NCBI RefSeq assembly: GCF_000025945.1 | Contig: NC_006138.1 | Span: 540,001 to 572,000 of the forward strand | Source of the DNA: Desulfotalea psychrophila LSv54 | Lineage (GTDB): Bacteria > Desulfobacterota > Desulfobulbia > Desulfobulbales > Desulfocapsaceae | Length of the DNA stretch: 32,000 nt | Direction of reading: 5' to 3' | Shown here: positions 1 to 9,977 of the stretch, in pieces | Position numbering within the stretch: the first letter of the stretch is position 1 | Layout of the letters: each line of letters begins with the position of its first letter | Position numbers and translations under genes: made by a program | The notes under the pieces: generated by a model | What the model was told of the DNA's origin: nothing | The model's database searches: none | Seen by the model: the letters and a program-made list of their open reading frames with translations, nothing else

Positions 1-1131
1 AGTTGCTATACCGTAGGGGCAGTTGTCCAGATGACACTGGCGCAGGTAGGTACAGCCAATCGCTATCTTCAGGGCCCCACCCATATAAACCCCATCGGCA
101 CCAAGGGCAATCGCCTTGGCTATATCTCCCGGATGACGAATGCCGCCGGCTGCAATCAGGGTGACCCGATCGCGTAGACCATTCCGATCCAAAAACTCAG
201 CTATGCGGGGCAGGGAGTAAATAAGTGGCATGCCGACATGATCCTTGACCGTGACCGGGGCAGCACCTGTGCCCCCCTCACTCCCATCAATAACCAACAC
301 ATCGGGAATATTTTCCTGGCTGAAGATAGCGGCAAGATCATTCTGCAGATGGCCACCGACAAACTTCAGAGAGATCGGTTTTCCACCTATCAGGCTACGT
401 AGCTCCAGGATCTTGGCAGAGAGGTCTTTTACGTCTCTGATATCCTCATGTACAGCCGGCGACTGAGCCATCTTGCCCGGCGCTATCTGACGAACGGCGG
501 CAATTTCTGCTGTGACCTTTGCCCCCGGCAATTTACCGCCCATGCCGGGTTTTGCTCCCTGAGAGATCTTAATTTCGATCATATCTGCGAGCTGCAACCT
601 CTCCTCGCTGACACCGAAGCGACCGGTGGCATACTGCAGAGTAATACGGTCTGCCAACGCTCTCTCCTCATCCAGCATGCCGCCCTCACCGCTATTGGCA
701 ATGGTACCGGCCAGAGATGAACCAAGGGCAAGCGCCATCTTGGCCTCTTTACTGAGGGCACCATAGGACATTGCTGCATTTAAAATCGGGGTCTGGAGGA
801 GAACAGGCTGCCCGGCTACCTTGCCGAGGACAAGTGTCGAGTCCACCTCCACCTCATCACCCAGGGGCAGGGTCTCTAACTGAGCAGGGAGAAAGATCAG
901 GTCGTCCATCCCCAGAAATTTTCTGGTCGTGCCCTTTCCCTCCAGATAATAGGTGCCCGTTTCTGCCATGGATCTGATCATCAGCCTGGTGTTTAGATCC
1001 CATCTGCCAAAATTTTCCGCGCCACTGTCGTGAATAAAGATAGTGGCAGGTGAATTACAGACTGGACAGAGATGAAAATCAATGGGCCCCGAATGCAGAT
1101 AGCCGCAGACCGGACAACGCTGGCTTGTCAT
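1..1131 (-). CDS. Glutamate synthase-like FMN-binding domain protein with N-terminal zinc-ribbon-like segment (3' end cut by window edge)
   Basis: Reverse-strand translation opens MTSQRCPVCGYLHSGPIDFHLCPVCNSP (paired CxxC) and continues with GltB central-domain-like motifs (LNAAMSYGALSKEAKMALALG, KPGMGGKLPG, VIDGSEGGTGAAP, AAGGIRHPGDIAKAIALGADGVYMG, CHLDNCPYGIAT). It stays open to position 1, which is why the ORF track omits it. Confidence 0.85.
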   Translation of the reverse strand, partial: MTSQRCPVCGYLHSGPIDFHLCPVCNSPATIFIHDSGAENFGRWDLNTRLMIRSMAETGTYYLEGKGTTRKFLGMDDLIFLPAQLETLPLGDEVEVDSTLVLGKVAGQPVLLQTPILNAAMSYGALSKEAKMALALGSSLAGTIANSGEGGMLDEERALADRITLQYATGRFGVSEERLQLADMIEIKISQGAKPGMGGKLPGAKVTAEIAAVRQIAPGKMAQSPAVHEDIRDVKDLSAKILELRSLIGGKPISLKFVGGHLQNDLAAIFSQENIPDVLVIDGSEGGTGAAPVTVKDHVGMPLIYSLPRIAEFLDRNGLRDRVTLIAAGGIRHPGDIAKAIALGADGVYMGGALKIAIGCTYLRQCHLDNCPYGIAT

Positions 1132-1408
1132 AGATGCCCCCCTGGAATAGATGTCAATTTTTAACACTTACCTCAACATCTACAGTATCGCTATTTTGAG
1201 GCGCAGTTACAAGCGGGGTACAGGATGGATGGGAATTTAAGGTGAGAGAATGAATTAAACGCTGAAACCATGCCCTGAGGAGGGAGACTGGGGCTAGTGA
1301 GCAAGCTCCACTGATTCTATTTATCAAAAGACAATAGCAGGAAAGAAGCAAACCATCCTCCAACTCACTCACTTTTTAGTCCGTTGCACTTATTGTACAA
1401 ACCCAGCT

Positions 1409-2050
1409 CTATCTATCTGTAAGAGCTACATAGGCACCTAGAGCAATTAAACCCGTACCAGTGAAACAACGCTGGCCCATTTGTAACCTAGGCTTTTCCT
1501 GTAGATGTTGGCCAATAGGGCCGGCAAGCATCACAACGATAAAATCAGCGCTTGTATTAAGTATAACGGATAGTGTTCCAAGCAAGAAAAATTGAAGAAA
1601 AACAATGCCATCTGGATTGACAAATTGTGGGATAAAGGCTAGGAAAAACAGTGCTGTCTTAGGATTGAGGGCTTCAACAATAATGCCTTGCCGAAAAGCA
1701 TATTTTGGGCCCATCTTTTTAGGATTTTCAGTATTAGGTAAAGCTGTTGAACTCAATAATGTTTTGAGTCCTAAATAAACTAAATATGCGGCACCTAAAT
1801 ATTTGACAATATTAAATGCCAGTGCTGAAGCAGCTAAAATAACGGATAAGCCCAGAGCCGCAGCTAAAACATGAAACATGCCACCAAAAGCTGTTCCCAA
1901 ACTAGAATAAATTCCTTCCGTTTGACCACCTTTAAGACTCCGAGTCATAACATAAAAGATACCAGGACCAGGAGTAACAGCTAAAACCGTTGCAGCTATG
2001 ATAAATAGCGTGAATTGGGCAAAATCAGGCATAACAGGTTTCCTTTTCAA
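1409..2050 (-). CDS. LysE/RhtB family amino-acid exporter
   Basis: 213 aa multi-TM protein with AVTPGPGIFYVMTRSLKGG, LGLKTLL and EALNPKTALFFLAFIPQFV, typical of LysE family translocators. Confidence 0.9.
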   Translation of the reverse strand: MKRKPVMPDFAQFTLFIIAATVLAVTPGPGIFYVMTRSLKGGQTEGIYSSLGTAFGGMFHVLAAALGLSVILAASALAFNIVKYLGAAYLVYLGLKTLLSSTALPNTENPKKMGPKYAFRQGIIVEALNPKTALFFLAFIPQFVNPDGIVFLQFFLLGTLSVILNTSADFIVVMLAGPIGQHLQEKPRLQMGQRCFTGTGLIALGAYVALTDR

Positions 2051-2108
2051 TCAGCTTGCGAATAAAACATAAAGAAGACAAAAGTATCCCTTTCCTACTT
2101 TAACCAAG

Positions 2109-2891
2109 CTAATCCTGCAAGGCAATCTGCATGGCCCTGCTATATTTTCCGCGGCTGGCCTTGGGAAAGGGGTTCGCCTTGCCGGACCACTGTTTCTTTT
2201 TCAAATTAAAACCGTATTTCCTTAAAGAGCCGTCTGTGAGAATGAGGACATCGACCCAGTCTCGGCCCTCCTCTCTAAAGAGATAAAATACGTCAGGACC
2301 CTCTATCTTCTCATTAAGGCTCACCTCTACAGCCAGCGCATAGCGTTGGAAGCTCTTTCCTCCCAGCCCCTTGAGCATGGCCTGCAGGATCTCCTCTGCC
2401 TCTACCTCCTGACTGGAGGCGGCAATGATGGCGGTCTGGTGCTTACAGAGCCTACGAATATCATTGTGGGCAAAGGTGGACCTGGTCTTAACAAAGTCCA
2501 TACAGGTACAGGAAAGCGTAGCAAGATCAACAAGATATTGTTCTGAGCCGGAACCCTGCACCGCCATAACCTCCCCTGCCTCATCGAGATTTTCCAGATA
2601 GATATCAAGAGAGATGTCCCTGATGGAGGCAATGGCCCTCTTCGCCTTCTTTATCTTGGGGACATGCTCAGCCTTCTGTTTTTGAGCAGGAACCACCTGC
2701 TCAGGCATAGCTGTTGCCTCATCAGGACTCTGCGCAACAGGGGGTATCTCTTTTTGAGCGACAGGGATCGTCTGCTCGGGCACTTCCTCTACTCGCTCAC
2801 TGCCTCCCCCTTCAATGCGAACAGGGGCCTGCCTGTCAACAGCCTTTGGGGATACACCAAAAAAACTCTTAATTTTATTTAAAATAGTCAT
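2109..2891 (-). CDS. SWIM zinc finger domain-containing protein
   Basis: 260 aa ORF containing YLVDLATLSCTCMDFVKTRSTFAHNDIRRLCKHQTAI, which fits the CxCx(n)CxH SWIM pattern. Confidence 0.7.
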   Translation of the reverse strand: MTILNKIKSFFGVSPKAVDRQAPVRIEGGGSERVEEVPEQTIPVAQKEIPPVAQSPDEATAMPEQVVPAQKQKAEHVPKIKKAKRAIASIRDISLDIYLENLDEAGEVMAVQGSGSEQYLVDLATLSCTCMDFVKTRSTFAHNDIRRLCKHQTAIIAASSQEVEAEEILQAMLKGLGGKSFQRYALAVEVSLNEKIEGPDVFYLFREEGRDWVDVLILTDGSLRKYGFNLKKKQWSGKANPFPKASRGKYSRAMQIALQD

Positions 2892-3585
2892 AATTATAGC
2901 CTGGGAAAAAGATTCAATTTTATAGCCAGTGGCCCGCAGATCCGGTTCTCGATTTTACTGTTCTGGCACGGCGCAGTTGCAACTGCCCACAGGCAGAGGA
3001 GAGAGAGCACACTGTTAAGTTAATTATCCCCTTTTTTCAAGGTCATTTTCCCCATGCAGAACAATTACTGTATGCATATCTATTCTCTATGCCAGGGCAG
3101 AGACAGCAGATCTCAGGCGGAGACCTGCCTGCTCTCTCAGCGGGCTAGCCAACACTGCCATAGCAATGATATTTCCTCTACGCCGAACTATCGTCCTAGG
3201 CTCAATCCATGCAAAAGGCCCTAGGCCAATTTGCTAATACCTATAACAACTCCCATACTCCAGTTTATCGCTAAATTTCTATCATTTATTCCTCAAAAAA
3301 AACATTCTCTCTTCATAATTGAGCCCATCTTTTCAAGATCGGATATAAACCATAGCCACCAGAACAATATCCACCTGCTTGAGAGCAAGGCACTGCACCT
3401 GCTTCAACTTTGACATCTCCCAAAGTCTGGAAAATTCTTTTTCTCTAAAAAAGATCCTCTCAGCATCTTTGCCCAGAGATTTTTTTCTCTCAAAGGCAGC
3501 ACCTGACAAAACAGTCGCCTAATTATAGTTGTATATTCTCCTTGAGGATGGTATTTACCTACATGTATAAAACTGCATAATAACA

Positions 3586-5250
3586 ATGATAAAAACACTC
3601 CCTACTAACCTCAAAAGAAGACTAAAAACAATGTCTCCATTATTTTTTACTAAAGCACTTGTAAAAAAACTGTACATTATTCCCCTGTTTTGTTTCATCT
3701 TTCCCACCCTACTCTCAGCAGCAGAACAACCTGGCTCAGCACAACCTGTCTCTCTCCAAAAGGTACTTGAAAACATTACCAAAACAAACCCTTCCATATC
3801 AGAGGCAATGAAGCAGTACCAAAGTGTTTTAGCTGAACGTGGCATCGCTAACAGCGAATACTACCCCACTGTTGGCATGGAAGTAGCCGCTGGCCCGGAA
3901 AGAACAAAGGGTGTCTCTACAAATGATGTGGCAGAAAACCTCACATCAACAAAGGCCAGCCTCTTTGCTCGTCAAAACCTCTATAACGGTGGAAAAACCA
4001 CTGCCTTTGTTAAAGAGACTGACGCACGCATCCAAGCTGCTGCCTATGAAGTTTTAAATGTTGCCAACAATGTCTACCTCAATACTTCTGAAGCATATAT
4101 CAATGTCATAAAGGCACGAGATCTACTGGCAATCTCTGGAAGAAATGCTCTGACTCAAGAAAGAATCATGCGTCAGGTGCGTGAAAAAACAGAGGCAGGA
4201 TTTAAACGTGCCTCTGAGCTATACAACTCAGAATCACGTTTGGCCCTTGCTAAAGGTAACTATATTTCCCGTAAGCAAGATCTTAATCAGGCCTTAGTTA
4301 TCTTCCATAAACAGTTTGGCCGCTTCCTCCATACCGACCAATTCATTACGCCTGAGCCCACATACCAGATACCGGCAACACTGCCCGAGACTATAGAGAT
4401 TGCCTTTAATACCCACCCTGCCCTCAAAGTTGCCAAGTACAATATCCAGACCAAACGATACGCCTATGAAAAGGCAAACGCTGCCGATTTCCCCACCCTG
4501 GATTTTGAAGTAAAGGGACAATATCGCGATGAAATTGATGGTAAAGAGGGTGATACCACTCAGGTAGGTGCCTATTTAACCTTTAACTACACATTTTTCG
4601 ATGGCGGCCTCAGAAGTAGTGAGCAGTCGAAACAGAAACAAAATGTACGTAAAGAGTACCAACGCTCTTATGTTGAACGACGAAATATTAACGAAAGTGT
4701 TCGACTAGCGTGGAGCATTAAAGAGGCCGATGATTATAAAAAAGAATATCTGAGTGAGCATGTGACACTCAGTGCCAAGACCTTGAATGCCTTTAAGGAA
4801 GAGTACTATGTCGGCCGCCGTACCCTACTCGATCTCTTGAACATGGAAAATGAGTACACCGATGCCCAACTCTCGTTTACTGAATCACAGTTTTCTCACC
4901 TTATTGCCATATATCGTATAATGCAGGCAACAGGTGCTCTCCTAAGCGAGCACGACACTGGCCTGCGTGGAATGTTGCAGATAGCAGCAGATGAAAAAGA
5001 TGATCTTTTCGATGCAGAAAACAGAAGAGCTATCGAGGCATATAAAGATCTCAATGATAACCGAGATCAGGATGGGCTTACTGACACGAAGGATCAGTGT
5101 GACAACTCTTCCCCGAATTCAACCGTTCAACCTTTTGGTTGTAGTGATAATGATGCCAACAATACCGGCTATCCATACGAGGATGATTCAGCCCTTTCTC
5201 CTTATATCGTGCCCCAATCTTTCGAGCCTGTAAGCACCAAGCAGCAGTGA
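3586..5250 (+). CDS. TolC-family type I secretion outer-membrane protein (LapE-like) with C-terminal TSP3-like Ca2+-binding extension
   Basis: 554 aa: signal peptide-like N-terminus, SMEAMKQYQSVLAERGIANSEYYPTVG-type TolC repeats, ARQNLYNGGKT and YTFFDGGLRSSEQ. The C-terminus has DLNDNRDQDGLTDTKDQCDNSSPNSTVQPFGC. Confidence 0.9.
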   Translation: MIKTLPTNLKRRLKTMSPLFFTKALVKKLYIIPLFCFIFPTLLSAAEQPGSAQPVSLQKVLENITKTNPSISEAMKQYQSVLAERGIANSEYYPTVGMEVAAGPERTKGVSTNDVAENLTSTKASLFARQNLYNGGKTTAFVKETDARIQAAAYEVLNVANNVYLNTSEAYINVIKARDLLAISGRNALTQERIMRQVREKTEAGFKRASELYNSESRLALAKGNYISRKQDLNQALVIFHKQFGRFLHTDQFITPEPTYQIPATLPETIEIAFNTHPALKVAKYNIQTKRYAYEKANAADFPTLDFEVKGQYRDEIDGKEGDTTQVGAYLTFNYTFFDGGLRSSEQSKQKQNVRKEYQRSYVERRNINESVRLAWSIKEADDYKKEYLSEHVTLSAKTLNAFKEEYYVGRRTLLDLLNMENEYTDAQLSFTESQFSHLIAIYRIMQATGALLSEHDTGLRGMLQIAADEKDDLFDAENRRAIEAYKDLNDNRDQDGLTDTKDQCDNSSPNSTVQPFGCSDNDANNTGYPYEDDSALSPYIVPQSFEPVSTKQQ

Positions 5251-5383
5251 TACTATAAACGGAATTGCTGTGGCTGAGCTCTCGTAATAAGATGCTCATA
5301 TTGCAAGAACACCTCTGCAGGCAAAAAGATACATGCCCGCGAGGATATCTCAGCCTCAGCTGAAATTTCTCTTGAGCATTATC

Positions 5384-5424
5384 TAAAGGGTGTAATTCTA
5401 ATATTCTTGGAATTACACCCTTTA
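5384..5424. terminator. Perfect 15-bp inverted repeat (taaagggtgtaattc / gaattacaccctttta-side arm), 11-nt loop, downstream of the TolC gene; terminator-like
   Basis: Arms 5384-5398 and 5410-5424 are exact reverse complements. There is no strong T-tract, so function as an intrinsic terminator is uncertain. Confidence 0.5.
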
Positions 5425-5681
5425 AAAGAGACAGAAACAGAGCGTCCTGAGAGCAAGCAAGGCATTGCCCGTCTCTCCTCCATACCCCAGTGAAAGCTCC
5501 CAGGCTCAACCCGTCTCCCCCCCCAAACACTAGCTCAGATTATAAATAGACAAATCACCTAATAGGGCATATCCTGAAAGTTACTAGAAACACTAAATAT
5601 ACTATATAAATAGCAATGAAAGTTGACGATTCACCTCATTCTTTTTATCATCTTCCCGTAAAGATACAGTTACACTACTCA

Positions 5682-5717
5682 GCAGTGCTCGGAATAGGCA
5701 AAAGACCAGAGCACTGC
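5682..5717. promoter_or_regulatory. 9-bp perfect inverted repeat (GCAGTGCTC-N18-GAGCACTGC) just upstream of the RBS of the ABC transporter gene
   Basis: Arms 5682-5690 and 5709-5717. The RBS-like GGAG at 5721 and ATG at 5731 follow immediately. Confidence 0.4.
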
Positions 5718-5730
5718 ATCGGAGATAAAT

Positions 5731-7881
5731 ATGGATGACAAGTTACGATCGGACCCACTATTACTTTGTTTGGTCACACTCACCAAAATAGATAAAAAAC
5801 CCGCATCTGCCGAGGCCTTGATTGAAGGGCTCCCCTTTGATCCAAACGATGAGAAAAAAAGATTATTCAGTATCAAAAGCTCTAATTCAAATTTCTCAAG
5901 AGCCGCAGGTAGGGCAGGATTCAGCTCCACCTTGCAACAAAGACCCCTATCCTCCATTCCAGCAGTGGTACTACCCGTTATTCTCCTGTTAAAAAATGAT
6001 GCTGCCTGTGTACTCACCAAAATTTTACCTGAGCAGGGAAAGGCCGTTATCATCATTCCCAGTATTGATGACGAGCCCATGGAAATTTCCATGGAAAAAC
6101 TCGAAGAAGATTATCTCGGCTATGTCTTCTTTCTCAAAAGAAAATATGAGGGTTTTGGCCAAGATAAACTGGTAAATAAGGATAAGAGAAAGGGTAACAA
6201 AAATTGGTTCTTCGGTACCCTCTATAAATTCAAGGATATTTACATTCGGGTTGTGGTCGCCACCCTCTTTATCAATGTATTTGTGATAGCAGGCCCGCTC
6301 TTTACCATGAATGTATACGATAGGGTCATCCCCCATAATGCGATTGAGACCCTTTGGGTACTTGCCATTGGTATTGGCTTAATTTACGGTTTTGATCTCA
6401 TACTTAAATTTTTGCGCACAATCCTGCTTGAGCGCGCCGCCAAAAAAAGTGATATCATTCTTTCCTCCATGCTCTTTGAACATGCGATGAATATCAAAAT
6501 GGTGGCACGTCCTCGCTCCGTTGGGGCCTTTGCCAGCAACATTCGCGACTTTGACGGTATACGCTCCTTTTTTGCATCCACCGCCCTCACCGCCTTTATC
6601 GAGCTGCCCTTCTCTATAATTTTTCTGATTGTTATTTACACTATAAATCCAATTTTACTCACCCTTCCCCTAACGGTGATTCTCTTTCTCTTCATCTTTA
6701 CCATCCCGATGAAGAACTCTATTCAAAAAATTGTGGATAGTACCCATGAGGCCACCGGTAGACGCAACAGCATCCTGGTAGAATCTCTGGCAAACCTTGA
6801 AACGATAAAGGCATTTAACGCAAGCAGCACCATCCAGTGGCACTGGGAAGAATCCACCGGCGATATAGCCTCAAAAAGTTTACGTTCGCGGATTAGATTC
6901 AGTTCGCTCTCCACCATTTCAGCCTTCCTCACCCAACTCTGTTCTGTCCTTGTTATTGTGGTGGGGGTATATCTCATTAAAAATGGTGAGCTGACCATGG
7001 GTGCTTTGATCGCCGTAAATATATTGGCGACAAGATCCATCGCTCCCTGGACGCAGGCGGCAAGCTTGCTCACCAACTACCAGCAGATGAAAACCGGACT
7101 CCAATCTCTTAATGAGCTGATGGAAAAAGAGGAAGAACGTCCAGAAAATAAACGCTTTATCAGACGACCTGAGTTTAAAGGTGATATTGAATTTAAAAAT
7201 GTTGATTTTTCCTATCCCGACGAGGAAAGGAAAGCCTTAAAAAATGTCAGCTTCAAGATAAAGCCAGGAGAGCGTATTGGCATCATTGGCCAAGTCGGCT
7301 CCGGAAAATCCACCCTGAGTAGCCTGTTGATGGGGTTTTATGATGCAGAAAGTGGTTCTGTTTTTATCGACGGTCTTGACATCAAACAGCTCGACCCCGT
7401 AGACCTCCGGCAAAACTATAGCTATGTGCCCCAAGAGGTAACCCTCTTTTCCGGGACTGTTCGCGACAATATTACCCTAAAATCCCCTCATGCAACGGAT
7501 GCAGAAATAGTAAAATCTGCCAATTTTGGGGTAGTAAACCCCTTGACCGACCGCCATCCACTGGGCATGGATCTGCAGGTGGGTGAACGTGGCTACAATA
7601 TTTCCGGTGGGCAAAGGCAATCCATAGCCTTGGCAAGAGCCTTTGTTGAGGAGAGTCCCATTGTTTTGCTTGATGAACCAACCAACTCCATGGATTACAA
7701 TACAGAGGTTAAGGTCATTGAAAATCTTAGGGAGGGCACAAAGGGTAAGACAACCATCATCATTACTCATAAACCATCTATTCTTGCCATTGTTGATCGT
7801 CTTCTGGTCATGGATGACGGTGCCCTTGTTATGGATGGCCCCAAGAGTGAAGTACTCGCCAAACTTGGAGGGAAAGGCTGA
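5731..7881 (+). CDS. lapB: Type I secretion ABC transporter/ATPase, LapB-like, with N-terminal C39-like domain lacking a recognisable catalytic site
   Basis: 716 aa: degenerate peptidase-like N-terminus, transmembrane region, Walker A GQVGSGKS, signature YNISGGQRQSIALARAF, Walker B IVLLDEPTNSMD. Confidence 0.9.
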   Translation: MDDKLRSDPLLLCLVTLTKIDKKPASAEALIEGLPFDPNDEKKRLFSIKSSNSNFSRAAGRAGFSSTLQQRPLSSIPAVVLPVILLLKNDAACVLTKILPEQGKAVIIIPSIDDEPMEISMEKLEEDYLGYVFFLKRKYEGFGQDKLVNKDKRKGNKNWFFGTLYKFKDIYIRVVVATLFINVFVIAGPLFTMNVYDRVIPHNAIETLWVLAIGIGLIYGFDLILKFLRTILLERAAKKSDIILSSMLFEHAMNIKMVARPRSVGAFASNIRDFDGIRSFFASTALTAFIELPFSIIFLIVIYTINPILLTLPLTVILFLFIFTIPMKNSIQKIVDSTHEATGRRNSILVESLANLETIKAFNASSTIQWHWEESTGDIASKSLRSRIRFSSLSTISAFLTQLCSVLVIVVGVYLIKNGELTMGALIAVNILATRSIAPWTQAASLLTNYQQMKTGLQSLNELMEKEEERPENKRFIRRPEFKGDIEFKNVDFSYPDEERKALKNVSFKIKPGERIGIIGQVGSGKSTLSSLLMGFYDAESGSVFIDGLDIKQLDPVDLRQNYSYVPQEVTLFSGTVRDNITLKSPHATDAEIVKSANFGVVNPLTDRHPLGMDLQVGERGYNISGGQRQSIALARAFVEESPIVLLDEPTNSMDYNTEVKVIENLREGTKGKTTIIITHKPSILAIVDRLLVMDDGALVMDGPKSEVLAKLGGKG

Positions 7882-9281
7882 TGATTGAAAAAGCAAAAAT
7901 AGCCCCTGAGGCCAATAACCACAAGGCAAAGAAAACTCGCCCAGCAAAGCCTGGTGGCAACTACAACAAGCGTGATGTGGAGTTCATGAACAGCCTGAGT
8001 GGGGCTCTGCTGGCAAGCAGATCCTCCCGCCTCAACGTCCTGCTCTATGTTATCTGTGCAATCATTCTTACCGTTGTCACCTGGTGCCATTTCGCCGAAT
8101 TAGATGAACGAACAAGGGGCATTGGTCGAACCATACCCTCCCGGCAAATTCAGGTAGTTCAGAACCTGGAAGGCGGAATTATTAAAGAGATACATGTATT
8201 TGAAGGAGAAAGCGTCAAACGTGGACAGATACTTGTAACTATTGATGATACAGGAATTGGTAGTTCATACTCTGAGAGTGCAAGCAAGATCAATGAACTT
8301 GAAGCAAAATCGATACGATTAAGTGCTGAATCCGGTATCACAGACACCCTTATTGCCAGTAAAAAAGAGACTGACAGCCAGATGGTTCAGTTGATGAAAA
8401 ACGAGAAGAGACTCTATAATAGCCAGTTACGCCAGCATGAAAATCAAAAATCTGTATTACAGCAACAGCTACAGCAGAGAAAAATTGAACTACAGGATGC
8501 TCAAGAGGATCTCAAATCCTTCAGATCCAGTCAGAAGATGCTCAATAGAGAAATAGCACTGAGTCGGCCATTACTAAAAAAACAACTCCTCTCTGAATTA
8601 GAATTCTTGCAACTAGAGCAGAGAGATCTTGAGAAGAAACAAGAAGTTAATCGCACCATCAATAAGGTTGAAAGTTTAAATGTTCAGATTATTGAGGCCA
8701 AAGAAAAGATTGAAGAGCTCGATGAAACCCGGCAGGCGGAAGCCATGGAAGAGCTCAATGCGGTGGTGGCAGAGATTGATCGACTGGCCTTTATGCAGGT
8801 GGCCATTGAAGATCGAGTAACCAGAACCAGTGTCCGATCCCCGGTGAATGGTACTGTTAAACAATTACTTATCAACACTGTTGGTGGGGTGGTAAGGCCT
8901 GGAATGGATATTCTGGAAATTGTTCCAACCGATGAGGCTATTATGGTTGAAACAAAAATCAAGCCCTCTGACATTGCCTTTATCTACCCTGGGCAAAAGG
9001 CGATATTAAAGTTCACCGCCTATGATTATGCTATCTATGGTGGTCTTGACGGAGAGGTTGCCCTGATCAGTGCCGACACCATCACCGATGAAAAAGGTGA
9101 AGAATTTTACCTTGTCCGGGTTAAAAGTAAACAAAACTATCTTGGCAACGAAGACAGTAAAAAACAAATTATGATTGGCATGACTGCCCAGGTTGATATC
9201 ATCACGGGTAAGAAAAGCGTGATGCAATATTTGATGAAACCGATACTCAGAGCCAAAAACAATGCTTTAAGGGAACGATAA
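7881..9281 (+). CDS. lapC: HlyD-family membrane fusion protein, LapC-like
   Basis: 466 aa: single N-terminal TM, DELTRGIGRTIPS-like segment (DERTRGIGRTIPSRQIQVVQNLEGGIIKEI), long coiled coil, VRSPVNGTVKQLLINTVGGVVRPG. The start overlaps the lapB stop (TGATG). Confidence 0.9.
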   Translation: MIEKAKIAPEANNHKAKKTRPAKPGGNYNKRDVEFMNSLSGALLASRSSRLNVLLYVICAIILTVVTWCHFAELDERTRGIGRTIPSRQIQVVQNLEGGIIKEIHVFEGESVKRGQILVTIDDTGIGSSYSESASKINELEAKSIRLSAESGITDTLIASKKETDSQMVQLMKNEKRLYNSQLRQHENQKSVLQQQLQQRKIELQDAQEDLKSFRSSQKMLNREIALSRPLLKKQLLSELEFLQLEQRDLEKKQEVNRTINKVESLNVQIIEAKEKIEELDETRQAEAMEELNAVVAEIDRLAFMQVAIEDRVTRTSVRSPVNGTVKQLLINTVGGVVRPGMDILEIVPTDEAIMVETKIKPSDIAFIYPGQKAILKFTAYDYAIYGGLDGEVALISADTITDEKGEEFYLVRVKSKQNYLGNEDSKKQIMIGMTAQVDIITGKKSVMQYLMKPILRAKNNALRER

Positions 9282-9874
9282 TGGCCATAGTCTGTTTAAG
9301 CAAAGATAATATCTTAATTGCAAAATTAGTAGCTCTTTATGGATCTCAAGAGGTTTCAGCATGGTCTGATTTTCACCTTTTACCAAAAGACCTTATGACC
9401 AATTGCGATGCACTGATTGTGGATTTAAAAGATTGTGTAGTACCGGTAAACACCTCTTGCCCCACACCCATTATTGTCCTGACAGGTGTGCCCACCTTTC
9501 AGGAGGCCCTTGCCCTGCTCCAACTTAATGTGAAGGGATATGGCAACCGGCAAATGCGTCAGGACAACATGCGGCAGGTGGTTGAAAATGTGAAGGCGGG
9601 ACAAATCTGGCTCCCTCCCTCCATAATCAATCAGCTCATTGCCACTGTCGGCACCGACAGCACCGCTAGCCACACAGCCAATGCCATTCTGAATAAGCTC
9701 AGCAAGCGCGAACAGGAAGTTGCCAGCTGCGTAGCTGAAGGTATGTCGAACCAGGAGATAGCCGACAAGATGTATGTGAGCCTGCGTACAGTGAAGGCCC
9801 ACCTCAGCTCAATCTATGAGAAGACCGGCCTGCGTAATCGTTTGGAATTGGGGCTTAAGCTGAAAAAACCTTAA
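9281..9874 (+). CDS. LuxR/GerE-type HTH regulator with atypical receiver-like N-terminus
   Basis: C-terminus LSKREQEVASCVAEGMSNQEIADKMYVSLRTVKAHLSSIYEKTGLRNRLEL is a canonical GerE HTH. The start overlaps the lapC stop (TAATG). Confidence 0.85.
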   Translation: MAIVCLSKDNILIAKLVALYGSQEVSAWSDFHLLPKDLMTNCDALIVDLKDCVVPVNTSCPTPIIVLTGVPTFQEALALLQLNVKGYGNRQMRQDNMRQVVENVKAGQIWLPPSIINQLIATVGTDSTASHTANAILNKLSKREQEVASCVAEGMSNQEIADKMYVSLRTVKAHLSSIYEKTGLRNRLELGLKLKKP

Positions 9875-9902
9875 TCCGCTTGAAAACTACACTATTAAGC
9901 CC

Positions 9903-9939
9903 AAAAGGCCTTGCCAGATATTTACTGGCAAGGCCTTTT
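9903..9939. terminator. Bidirectional Rho-independent terminator shared by convergent luxR-type and adhesin genes
   Basis: Perfect 15-bp stem AAAAGGCCTTGCCAG / CTGGCAAGGCCTTTT with 7-nt loop. A T-run (TTTTTTG) follows on plus and CTTTTGG on minus. Confidence 0.85.
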
Positions 9940-9977
9940 TTGTTAGATCCTCTCAACGCTTCAAATAACCTTAGCCA

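Noticed and set aside
3231-3413. 60-aa ORF in the 2892-3585 intergenic region
   Set aside because: Low-complexity hydrophobic/His-rich translation with no recognised family; the region is otherwise non-coding by inspection.
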